Assembly (NCBI GenBank): GCA_013265495.1 | Contig: MU058718.1 | Span: forward strand, 3,300,081-3,364,080 | From: Vicugna vicugna | Taxonomy: Eukaryota | Direction of reading: 5' to 3' | Length of the DNA: 64,000 nucleotides | Shown here: positions 12,347-23,500 of the stretch, piece after piece | How positions within the stretch are numbered: the first letter of the stretch is position 1 | Layout: each line of letters opens with the position of its first letter | Made by a program: the position numbers and the translations under genes | Notes under the pieces: generated by a model | What the model was told of the DNA's origin: nothing | Database searches by the model: none | What the model saw: the letters and a program-made list of their open reading frames with translations, nothing else

Positions 12347-13148
12347 AGTACTCCATCTGAGAGATCACATCCTCAGATGGCCTCAAAGCTCTGTAAGCAA
12401 ACATTAGGGAGATTCATTATTCTCCTTTCCCATCTGATACAGAAAGGCAAAAGGAAGGATCATTCTAAATTTATGAGGTTGGCTTTAAAATTTAACTTTT
12501 AAGAAGCTTATTAAATATTTCACAGTGTTCTTGTTCGTGCATAAAATGTTTAAACCTAGCTAGAGAAAATTCAGGCTTTTCAAAGGAATACGATCATGTG
12601 AAACCCTAAATGAGAGCTCACAAATGAAGATTTGGCCATCCAAAGGGTTGCTAATCACTGACATAATTACTCGGCAAGTTACAGGGTATCAGTAGCTGAA
12701 GATTAGCTCGATATATGTTATTGCTGTTGTCCACAAGGCACAAGGGAAGCTAAAGCTGTAGACACCAGACTTCAATTCTGAAGTCTGGCCAATTTAAGGA
12801 TGAGAAAGAGAAGTGTGTTTACTTAGCATTAATCTCTCTGACACAAATAGCAGCTCTTCCCACACAGATGGCCCAAAGCATAGAAGGGATCATAAATGAT
12901 GCAGAGTCAGGACGAGAAATGCTTGAACTGAACCAGGACAGAGATGGTTATCTGAGCACACCATGGATCTCACATGCCTGTGAGAATAGGCAGTTAATAC
13001 AGAGCAACATTGCATCTTTACTTACTTTTACCTATTATATTAATTATGGTAGGTTAAGTATCAAATTTTATATATGTACAGTGATATACCATACTTATAC
13101 ACACGTATCTCTCTGAAATTCAGTAATTATGGAAAATGACCACTGAAT

Positions 13149-13530
13149 TGCCATAGACCAAGTGTGTCTCCCCAAAGTTCGTAATGTTGTAACCCTAACC
13201 ACCCCACCGCCACCACCATCCCTTGCTAATGTTTTAAGAGGTGGGGCCTTTGTGAAATAATTTGATTTAGATGAGATCGTGGGGATGGAACCCCCATGAT
13301 ACAATTAGTGCCCTTATAAGAAGAGGAAGAGAAACCAGAGCTTGTTTTCTCTGCCGTGTGAGGACACAGCAGCCATCTGCAAACCAGGAAGAGGGCCATC
13401 AGCAAGAAGCAAACCTGCTGGCACCTTGATCTTAGACTTCCCAGCCTCCGGAACTATGAGAAATAAATGCCTGTTGTTTAAGCCACCAAGTCTGTGGTGT
13501 TTTGTTACAGCAGCCTGAATAGCCCACGAT
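13149..13530 (+). mobile_element. MaLR LTR (MLT1A-like)
   Basis: gaggtggggccttt...ctgctggcaccttgatcttagacttcccagcctcc..aactatgagaaataaat..tttaagccacc. Confidence 0.85.
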
Positions 13531-13644
13531 AGTCATTTAAAAAAATCAAAGGCAGCAAGTTAGTATGCTTTTGGTTTTTAATATTTCCATTCTAGGTAAT
13601 ATTTGGACCCAGTAGCAGAGAGATATCTCTTTTTACAAATGCCT

Positions 13645-14152
13645 AATATATTATCTTATTGCTGCCTCAAATTACCTCAAGTTAAGTACCTTAAACGAAA
13701 CATGATCTCTCATAGTTTCTGTGTATCCAGAATTCAGAAGTGGCTGAATTCCTGGTGGTTCTGGCTCAGTCTTTCATGAGATTGTTGGTGATACGTTGAT
13801 CATGGTCTAGTCATCTGAAGGGTTAACTGGTGCTGGAGGACCCACCTCTCCAGTGACCCTTAACATGCTAGCAAGCTTGAGATGACTGGTGGGAAGCTTC
13901 AGCACCTTTCCACACAGGCCTCTCCATAAACTGCTTAATATCTTCAAGCCTCCAGAGCAAGCCATCCAAGAAAGCAAGCCAGAAGCAGTGACGTCTTTTA
14001 TAACCTAGCCTCAGGGTTTACTCACCCTCAGTCATTTCTGCAATTTCCTACTGGTCTTAAAGGTCAGACCTATTTATTGTGGGAGAGGATCCCAAGAATG
14101 TGACACAAGTAGACAGGGATCTCTGGAGACCACTGTGGAGGCTGGCTACCAC
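13645..14152 (-). mobile_element. MaLR LTR (MLT1F/G-like)
   Basis: ctcatagtttctgtg...ggttctggctcag...ggaggctggctaccaca terminus. Confidence 0.75.
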
Positions 14153-14174
14153 ACCTGACAGCTCCATTTTAATG

Positions 14175-15040
14175 ATCATGGTGGTTTAGGTCTACTGACT
14201 AAGACCCTGGTTCTGGAGTTGGATAGACAAGCATTCCACTTTTAATTGCACTACCTGCCAACTCTTCCAAATCCTCTGTTTTCTCATCTGTTGTTTGGAA
14301 ATGAAAGATCCATCTCATGGGTTTGCTGTAAGCATTAAATGAGTTAGTGTACATAGAATAATCCTTTCTGTCAGATCACATCATTTCCTAACTCAGAATC
14401 CGCCAGTGGCTCCCCATCAGACTTAGAATTGAGCAGTCTTCCAGATCCTGCTCTAGCCACTGACTAACTTAGCCACGACTACTACTACCACCACCACTGC
14501 TACTGCTCCCACCACCACCACCACCTAACCTGGCTTCTGCTCTGATCTTGTTTCTTCTTACTGTCTCTGTTCCTCAGTCTACTCCATCTGCCGGCCTCCT
14601 TTCTGCTCAAACATGCTAAGCTGTCACCTACCTTAGAGCCTTTGCACCTGCTGTTCGCTCTAGGGAACATTCTTGCCCTGTATGTTTCCATGGGTCATTT
14701 GCCCACTTCATTTAGGTCTCTACCTGAGTGTTACCACCTCAGACCTTCCCTCGCCATTCCTTTGATCACTTTATCCTTTATTTTTCTGTTTATAGCACTT
14801 ATTGCTACCTGACATTATATTATATAGTTCTTTGCCTATTTTGGTTATTGTGGTTCTCCTTCATTAGTATATCAGTTCCATGAGGACTGTTTCATTTACC
14901 ACCTTACCCTAGTGTTTAGAAGTATGCCTGGTTTATGTATGTGCTCTATAAATATTTGTTTAAAAATTAAATAATGCATGCAGATTTCTCAGCATATGGC
15001 TTGACTTACAGGATCATGAAGAGTTCAATAAATCTTTGCT
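14175..15040 (+). mobile_element. MIR fragment(s) with an L2 3' fragment (~14360-14970)
   Basis: MIR core at 14200-14355; L2 motifs cagatcacatc...cagtggctccccatc...cctttgcacctgctgttc...aaatatttgtt. Confidence 0.7.
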
Positions 15041-15859
15041 GACTTCAACCACATTGTCATCAGTATCCTTCCCATCACGCCCTGACCACCCTAATGTCTA
15101 TGGTACTTTAGAGTTCTCAAATTCTTTTGTCATTTATAAAGAATGAGTAATAATACTTTTAAAGCAAAGCCATAATTGTGTAGCTATAGTTGAAATGCTT
15201 TGATGGGTAATGAAACTGGGCACTGCAAGGGAAGGATCTGTCTCCTATAATGACTTTTTTTTTAATTGGTCCTCCCTGAAAATTGGTCTTTTCTCACCAA
15301 ATGAGCAAGCTTTTCTTAGGACAAATGAATGTACTTTAAACTGGTCATTTTAAATTCACTTAAGACTTGACTTTTAAAATTGCCTTTAGTGATCAAGCAG
15401 TGTCCTGGATCTTTCTAGGTCAAACTCTGAAACAGAAGGTCATGTTTTATGACTCTTCATCTTTTGGAATTCTCCTCTAAGGCTGGTAATATCTTTCACA
15501 CCCTTACTATCTGCTCTTTCTGCACCCACTGTCATTAGCAAATCAGATCCCCATGTAGATCTGCTTGCCAGTATGGTGCCTTCATGTAAATGAGGAAAAG
15601 GAAAGCTTTTCTCCCAGCAGAGGAAGCTCTGCAGGGGACTTAACTTGGTAGAGACAATGGCCAGGGCACAGGGCATTGTCTGCAGAACACAGGATGAATT
15701 TGAGCTCCACTCACCCTTTGGCTGGAGGCCCTTGGGATCATCAGCAGGCAGTGGAAGTCTCTGTTTCCTTTTTGCTGCCCACAGGCTGCCCATATCTCCA
15801 CTGTCATCCTGGGAGATGACTTTCCTCCTGAGTCTTGTTGAGTAGAACAAGTCTTGGTG

Positions 15860-16075
15860 AGAGGCAGTCTAGCACAGTGGGGACTACATAGCAAGGTGCT
15901 TAAGAATGATGGTTCTAAAGTCAGATTCCTGGCCTTGAATCCTGCCTGTACTGTTTAGTGACCTGAGACCTTAGGCAAGTTATGCAATTTCTTTGTGCCT
16001 CAGTCTCGGGTGATTGTGAGGCTTTTGTGAGAGTTAATACATGTATTATGTTCTCAGTGCACGTTATTTATTGAT
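15860..16075 (+). mobile_element. MIR SINE
   Basis: ttgaatcctgcc...gaccttaggcaagtta...tgtgcctcagt. Confidence 0.7.
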
Positions 16076-16302
16076 ATAGGGTGGCCCAGAAAACCTAGAC
16101 AGATTCAGATGGTGCTTCCTTATGCATTTATGAGCAACGGGGTGAAAATGTAATTGCATCTAAGAATGCTTCCTTTTGATGCCTTCTCCTCACCCTTTCT
16201 GGAGGCTGGCAGACTGCACTGAGTCATTCAGCCAGCATTTGAACACTTACTGTGCACAGTGGGGGACAAATACGTTTAAAGAGACAGTCTTCACCTTCAG
16301 AA

Positions 16303-16839
16303 TGTTGCAGGAAAATGGGGCACGAGAGGATGGTCATGTGTCAGGTCTCAGGTGAGCCCCTGGGAGGACTGCCAAGTGAGGATCATTGGTTTCTCGCAGG
16401 AAAGAATTCAAGAGCAAGCCATAGTAATGTGAAAGCAAGTTTATTTAGAGAGATGCATATTCCATAGACAGAATGCAGTCCATCTCAGAAGGGAGAGCAG
16501 CCCCAGGATATGGCATTGTTAGTTTTTATGGGCTGGGTAATTTCATATGCTAACAAGTGGGATGATTATTCCAACTATTTTGGGGAAAGGGCAGGGATTT
16601 CCTGGAACTGGGCCACTGCCCACTTTTTGGCCTTTTATGGTCAGCCTTGGAACTGTCATGGCACCTGTGGATGTGTCATTTAGCATGCTAATGTATTACA
16701 GTAAGCATATACTGAGGCTCAAGGTCTACTGGAAGTCAACTCTTCTGCCATCTTGAGCCTAGTTGGTTCTAGCCAGTATTTGTCCTGCCATCAATGGCTG
16801 TTTCACTCTTTTAATGGTTGTGCCCTCCCTCCTGTATCA
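16303..16839 (-). mobile_element. ERV1-class solo LTR (same family as 4564-5082)
   Basis: TG...CA ends; shared blocks with 4564-5082. Confidence 0.8.
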
Positions 16840-16899
16840 AAAGTCAATCAAACTAGGAGAACACTATTTATTGTCCTGAAACAAATGTGACCATGGCAT

Positions 16900-17420
16900 A
16901 TTCTGGTTTACTGGAATGGACTCATGCTTTAGAGACAGATCATCTTTGAATTCAGGCTCCCTCACTTATTGGCTGTGTGACCTCAAGTAAATTACTTAAC
17001 TTCCGTGAACCTCCGTTTTCCAGTAAGTACAATGAGGGGGGAAAAGTTTCAAGGCTTCCGGTAAGGATTGAGATAATATTTAGAACAAAAGGGATCTGGT
17101 ACACAGGAGGTAATTATTCAATGATAGCTTTTGTCCTTATCAGTATTTTCTGTCATCTTTGTCTAATTTCCATTGTAAAGATCTATGATGGCATCTAATG
17201 TCCCACAGGTTAAAGTCCAGATAGACCACATTTCAGGCCTTTGGGGAATCTGGCCCCACCTACCTTGTTACCCACTCCTTTCCCTGTGAACCTTACAGCC
17301 CGAACACATGGAACTACCTGCAGTTTCCAGAACTTGCTGTCACACACACCCTGTCTTTGCTTCCAATGTCCCATCTGTCTAGATGACCCTTCTTGCTTCT
17401 TTGTCCTAGTGAACTATCAT
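16900..17420 (+). mobile_element. MIR (~16900-17130) followed by an L2 fragment (~17180-17420)
   Basis: ggctgtgtgacctcaagtaaattacttaacttcc (MIR core); L2-like aactacctgcagtttccagaac. Confidence 0.6.
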
Positions 17421-17502
17421 TGTTATGTAAAACATATATATTCAGTTTAACAAGTAATAATAAAATAAACATGTTCTTACCCTCAGGTTAAGAAATAAAA
17501 AT

Positions 17503-17654
17503 GGGAAGGTATAGCTCAAGTGGTAAAGTGCATGCTTAGCATACACAAGTTCCTGGGTTCAATCCCCAGTACCTCCTCCAAAAATAAATAAACCTAATTA
17601 CCTCCCCCCACCAAAAAAAAATTTTAAAAGTTAAAAAATAAAATAATTTTTAAA
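17503..17654 (+). mobile_element. Camelid tRNA-derived SINE (Vic-1-like)
   Basis: gggaaggtatagctcaagtggta (A box)...gggttcaatcccc (B box), A-rich tail; 13-bp TSD aagaaataaaaat (17490-17502, 17655-17667). Confidence 0.85.
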
Positions 17655-18052
17655 AAGAAATAAAAATAGGGGACACATTTTTTTTAAAAAATCCGCATTT
17701 GTGATATTTGTATTTTAGAAGCATAGAAGATGGAATCCTTATGTTTATGTACCACTTCTACCGTGAAGAAACTATGGAACTTAATTATGGCCTAAAAGCC
17801 GTAAGGGCTCCTAGTCACTCTGCAGAGATGCTGTTAGCAATTAAATATTGAAATGCAGTTTGATTAATATAATATCATGAAGAAAAATAATAATATTTAT
17901 TAAATAATAAATTTAAACAGGTTTTTTTCCACCATGTATTGCTTATTTTGAAATTTTACAGCATGATTCCTTTGTTTAAAGTAAATATGGTGGGTTTAGG
18001 GGGGACTTGGGACTTGGAGGTGTCTATGTTTTTCTTGACTGGTCATAAGGAG

Positions 18053-18066
18053 CCACTAGGTGGCAG
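18053..18066 (+). promoter_or_regulatory. Candidate CTCF site
   Basis: CCACTAGGTGGCAG is a near-consensus CTCF core in non-repeat sequence. Confidence 0.6.
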
Positions 18067-18229
18067 AGGATGCTTCTTTTGATTACAATGGAAAAACATT
18101 AAAAACATTTCAGTTGGAAACAGGTTTTGGAAAATATGAAAAGCATCACACTTCTCAGGTTAACGTGCGGCGCTAGCATCCCGTGGCCCTGCAGTTAGCC
18201 GTTTTGGCCTGCGTTGTAGTAACAACAAC

Positions 18230-18450
18230 AATAACAATAATGTCAAACCACAGTCACTGGTTGAATGAATATTTTGTACCAGGCACCAGACTAAGAGTGT
18301 CCACAGATTATGCTGTTTAATTTTCACAGCATTAATCTCCCTTTTGCGGGAGAGAAACCTGAGTATTTAAAAGAGAAGAAACAATTTGCCCAAGACACTG
18401 ATCAGTAGCAAAGGCCAGATTCAAACCAGGTCTGTTGGGTTTTAGAGCCT
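18230..18450 (-). mobile_element. MIR SINE
   Basis: tgtaccaggcac...aatttgcccaagacac...gattcaaaccaggtctg. Confidence 0.7.
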
Positions 18451-20589
18451 GGGGGACTAAACTTCACAGGCTCTGAGAACTGGGAGAATATTTAAGTATT
18501 TGGAAGGATTAACCACTCTCTGTGTAATAAATTTTAGACATGTATTGACTTCAGATATTTTATTATAGTTTAGATATCATGTTAATACCTGGAGCTTAAT
18601 CCTTATAGATCTTATGAAATAAAAGAGTTTATTAAGAACTATACAGGTGTGTAGACCCAACTTCTTATCTCTTTCCCCACTTAGTGACCATTTGAATCCA
18701 ATTCCCATGTTTAATCCATTCCCTCAAAACCTTTCCATTGTGCCTCTATATTAAGAAAAGGCAATTTATGAATGAAAGCCAAATTTTCCCCAGCATTTTA
18801 TAGATCTTTCTCTAGCCAAAAATTTTTAAGTTCTCTGCAACAGTGTAATTGATGAGAACAATATTGGAAGAGTGTCAATGTACACATGTAGAAAATAAAG
18901 TGAAATCAAATGACAGTCGTTAAAATATTAGTTTTTTCAATCCAGTGTGCTCATCTTCAGAAGAGTACACCATATTCTAAAGTCTCAAACTAACAGAAGG
19001 CATCCGTCAAAGAGGCATGTTTCTTTATTTCTTAAACACTTAATAATAGTCTTAAAGATACAATGGGAAAAGTGAGAGATTATGGAGACACCCTTGGTAA
19101 ATGTTAAGCTTTGTGGCAGTGTGTGACTATTTATAAATCTGAAGTGGGGCCGTGATCATGTAGAAATTTCACAGAGCTACATGCCTCATAGGAAGTCTCA
19201 CAGGGCTGGTCCTCCTTCTAACTGGTAAAGTTGTACTGAGTGTCTTTATACTTGTGTTTCTTTTCTAGTTTTTTCTTTGGAGGGAGAAAACAAAAAGTCA
19301 TAGGGGCAGTAGGAGTGAGCTGATGACTACAGCTACACAGATGTTAGTTGAATAAGAAAGTCTCCAAATCTTCACGTTCCTGAATGTGAAGGTGCGAGTG
19401 CGAGCTAACAGAAAGCTTACATCTCACGTCTTTACGTGTTAAGTTATGATGTTGTCTTCCGGTCAACTAGACTGAATGATGATATCTTACCCTACATTCA
19501 TATTACGCTTTACAATTGAGAAGGTACTTTAAAAAAAAACCCCGTCACTTTATCCTTTGAAATAGAGAAAGAAGAGAAGTGGACAGATGAGAATGGCAAT
19601 GGATGTTGATAGTTTGTTGGATGTTAAATATGGTACTTGAATTATTTAAACTAGATTGTAGTGTTTTATTTTTCATTATAGAGATCTTCAAATTATAGTA
19701 GGCCAAATGAAAAATAAAAAATAATACTCCTTTATTTGGTTTCCTTTTAAATATTCAAACTTTATGTTGTCAGACTTGAATGTCTAATATGACTGTACAT
19801 TTTTAATGTGCCAATAAGTTGTGCATGTGTATAATTTAAAACTTTCCTAAAAACAAAACAAAATATGTAAGTAAAACTTTCAAGAATCCAATTTCTTGAG
19901 AATTTGGGAAAGAAAGTTGCTATCACATTGACTAAATTTTACTGACAAGCAGCTTTTTAATATTATTATTTCTTTAAGCTAAAGAAATAAACAAAGTATG
20001 TTAGGGATTAGCAATTTAAGGCTATTTACTGTCACTTTATTGATTAATTGATTTTTCATAAGTGGTTTACCTGCTTCTTTTTTTCCCATTTTTTTGGTAA
20101 AGAGGTTATATTTGCCTATAACAATTTTGAAACTTCTTATGTCAAAAGAGATCACTCTGCTAATTTTACAATTTAAAATGCTGTACATTTAGAATGTAAT
20201 TTTCCTGTATAATGTTACTTTAGCCTACTTATTTCCTCTAGCTGTTGGATAATATTCTATATTTTCCATTAATTGTTTAGGAAGAGATTACTGCCTGTGT
20301 GTTTTATGTTTTGCATGATTTGTATATGTACTGTTATGCAGTAAAATCACTCAAAATCAAATGTTTTGTGTACTTGTCTGTACCTTTATCCCCTTCTCTG
20401 AACCTCTGTAACACTTTTTTGTTTTCCTACTAAAAATAGCTACTTTTTTGCTATCTAATAAATATCAAGGGTCATCACTCCACTGAAAATAGCAGTGTAG
20501 TTTTAACAAAAAGAGGGCAGCCATGGCAAAGGCATCAAGGATAAAAAATTTCACATTGTATAAAACTGCTTCCCCTTCTCCATTGTACT

Positions 20590-20970
20590 AAAGGAAGTAA
20601 GGCTACCTGCTATGACAATCAAATCTCAAAATGTCAGTTAATACAGTAAAAGTTTATGTCTGCTCTCATGTAAAATCTAATGAGAGTGTTCTGGGCTGGA
20701 GAACAGCCTTCAGTGTGGTCATTTGGGGTCTGCTTCCCCCATATGGCTCTAACTTACTAGGATCTCTGCTGGGCATCTGCATCCAGCTGGCAAATAGGGA
20801 CTAAGAAATTAGAGAAGATCAAATAGGATGTGTGCATGACAGATCTGGAAATGGTCAACATAGTTTTGTCCTTGTTGCATTGGCCATAACTCAGCAAGAG
20901 AGGCTGGCAACTGTTGTGGCCAGGAGGTAAAGGAAAAGGTTTTGCTGAACATGTAGCAGTCCTTGCCTAA
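20590..20970 (-). mobile_element. MaLR LTR (MLT1J/K-like)
   Basis: aggctacctgctatgacaa..aaatctcaaaatgtcagt..aaagtttat...cattggccataactcag. Confidence 0.6.
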
Positions 20971-22779
20971 CCCATAGTAGTAATCCTGTCAAAGAAGTTA
21001 CTTTCAGCAACTCTTTCACATCTTCCTTACACGGAAGCAATTTAACTTTGGGACTGCAGGATTTTCAAGCCACATCCCTGCCCTGCTACTATGTCTAATC
21101 CTTGAACCTTTAGAGTAGACTATAGTGAATTCTGTGACTGAGAGGTCTCAAATGTTGTATAGCTCTGGAAGGCTTTAGAGCGGACAGCGGTTGTGGACTG
21201 GCATGAAACAGAAAATGGACGTGCAATAACTGAAGCAAGGGCTCAGATTTACCTGAGTCCTCCGAGGTCCAGAATGAGAGCCCTACTGCCACCTCTCCAG
21301 CCTCTCCTCTGAATTCATTTTCCACTGCCTTTAGTATGACCTGGGCTCCTCCTCTGCAGCCAGAAAATTCATGATTGATGTAGCCAATAGTCACTGGTAG
21401 AATGAAAACTGGAGATCCGAGTGAGAGAATTAATGAGGTTATTGATTCATTAAGCAAATGAACTAGTGAATAGTTTAGTGACATTTGAAATAGATTACAA
21501 CATTATTTTCATCTGTATTCTATGAAGAACACGTGTGCCTAGCACTGAATTTGGTAATTGGGTTGTTTGGATATTGAAAATTACATTCAAGTGTATTCAT
21601 CACCTTTTTAATCTTTGAAGCTGACTGAATGTAAATTTGATTTTATGGTTTAAATTTAAGTATGTCTTAAAAGGGCCTTAACCCCTTTTATGGAGATTAA
21701 GAGAAACCTCTTCTGTTAACTTGTTTTATTGTTGTTACCATGGAGACCATAGGGGGCACAATCTTCATAAATTCATAATGCAAATGAATTAGCCTCTAAG
21801 CGAATGTTTTTATACATTTATTCACTTCAAAAAAGGTTTGAGGTGATTTACATTTTTGTCAAAAATGAATATGGATTTTTTTACTTGCTTGAGTTTCATA
21901 AATATGCAGCCTACAAGCATAGGTTATAAATATAAAATTAATTCCTTGAAATATTCATTGTATGAGTTTAAAGTTATTAATTAGCTCATCACAAAATGTC
22001 ATAGCAAAAAAGCAATTTAATGGTATAAATTGCTTTTCTCATTACACAGCATTAAAATATGCAGTTAAAATGAAAAGTCTTACATATAATATCAAGCTTA
22101 ATATTAATACTCTATTCTAAATTATCTAGTATTCTATAGGATACATATTCTTCTCTTCTAAATTTTCTAATAAGAATTATTATTTCAAAATATGTACATA
22201 AAATGAGAATCACCGAAAGTCATGACCGAAAGTAATTTGCTGTTGTCGTTTTGGTGTTAGTAATTGTTACAACCAGCAATATTTAGTTATTTCTCATAAC
22301 AAACTCTTTGCTTGAATGGTATTTCCCCTTTCCCCAAATGTTATGTCTTTCTCATTGAGAATTATGACCTGTTCAGAAATCTCTGTGAGGATTCTGGAGA
22401 AAACATGGTTAACCCTGATGACTGTCATAATGCTATAAATTAATTCATCTTAGCCAGAAATGACATCATATGTTTACATTAATTTAAGAAGAGAAGTAAG
22501 TTTACTTTGCTATTCTCCCCCTAAAACATTCAGTAAGAGTCTGCATATTAGCTTGAGTTCACACGCAGCCTCCTTCTGGGGTGCAGAGGGAAAAAGTAGT
22601 CCTTTTTAGGTTGTTTGGGGGTCCCTTTAACCATCCAGACTGGAGCATCATCCACCCCTTCTTAACACTACCCTTCTCACTAAAGATCTACAATATAGTT
22701 TTTCCCACTGCCAGTTATTAGCATGGAAACAGAGATGAATTTGGGGCCGCTGGGGGCTGTTCTGCCTATAGCTCCCCAG

Positions 22780-23500
22780 CGGAGAAGCAGGAAAGCCTTG
22801 GAGCCTCAGTTTGTTACCTCAGCTCAGCCATTCACAAATTATGGAAACTTGGGCAAATTACTAAACTTCTCTCTTCCTCATTTTCCTATTAACATAAAAT
22901 GGGGATAATAAGAATACTTAATTCACATGCAGTGGTGTAAGGGTTTGTATCTTTTTGCAAAAGCCAACTGTACAATTTTCAGGAATTTTGCAAGTTGTTA
23001 AACACTGTTTATTATCAAATTATATAATTTAATTAATAAGTTATATTAAATCAAAGGTACTAAATAATCAAAACTCATCACTTCCTAATTATTTTACTAC
23101 GTTTTACTTTCATTTGTGGTTTTTGAGATTATTTACATCTATGTCTATATGGTGCATGTAGCATATAATGTGGGCTACTGTGAATTTCTGCCCAAGTCCC
23201 ATATTCAGTGACATCAGTCAGATTGGTAGCTTGAAATTAGTCATGGTGGAGGCGTGGGGGTGGTATTTACACATAGAAATAAGCAAACACTACATATCAG
23301 GGTTGGGTTTTTTTTGAGAGTTGGTTGTTAAACATTTATCAGTACATCACTGTTCACACTGTTTTTAGGATTTGTCATCCTAAAAATGTTAAAGTTATAT
23401 GATATATTAACATGTAAATATGCTAAATGTGTGTGTATCTATATAAAAATAATATAGCATGGTTGGCACTTTTAAGTTATCAAAATGTGTTAGCCATTAG
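22780..23500 (+). mobile_element. MIR split by MER63
   Basis: MIR core cttgggcaaattactaaacttctc...taaaatggggataata; the 3' part resumes after 23352. Confidence 0.7.
22930..23352 (+). mobile_element. MER63-like hAT non-autonomous DNA transposon
   Basis: TIRs cagtggtgt...acatcactg; diagnostic aaaactcatcacttcctaattattttactac; near 8-bp TSD ttcacatg/ttcacact. Confidence 0.85.

Noticed and set aside
4564..16839. Two same-family, same-strand LTRs ~11.7 kb apart as ends of a provirus
   Set aside because: The interval holds L2, MIR, L1 and MaLR older than the LTRs and no gag/pol. L2 is continuous across the first LTR, so these are independent solo LTRs.
17503..17575. tRNA-like sequence (also 43980-44050)
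   Set aside because: Has an A-rich tail, TSDs and a degenerate cloverleaf, so it is a SINE rather than a tRNA gene.
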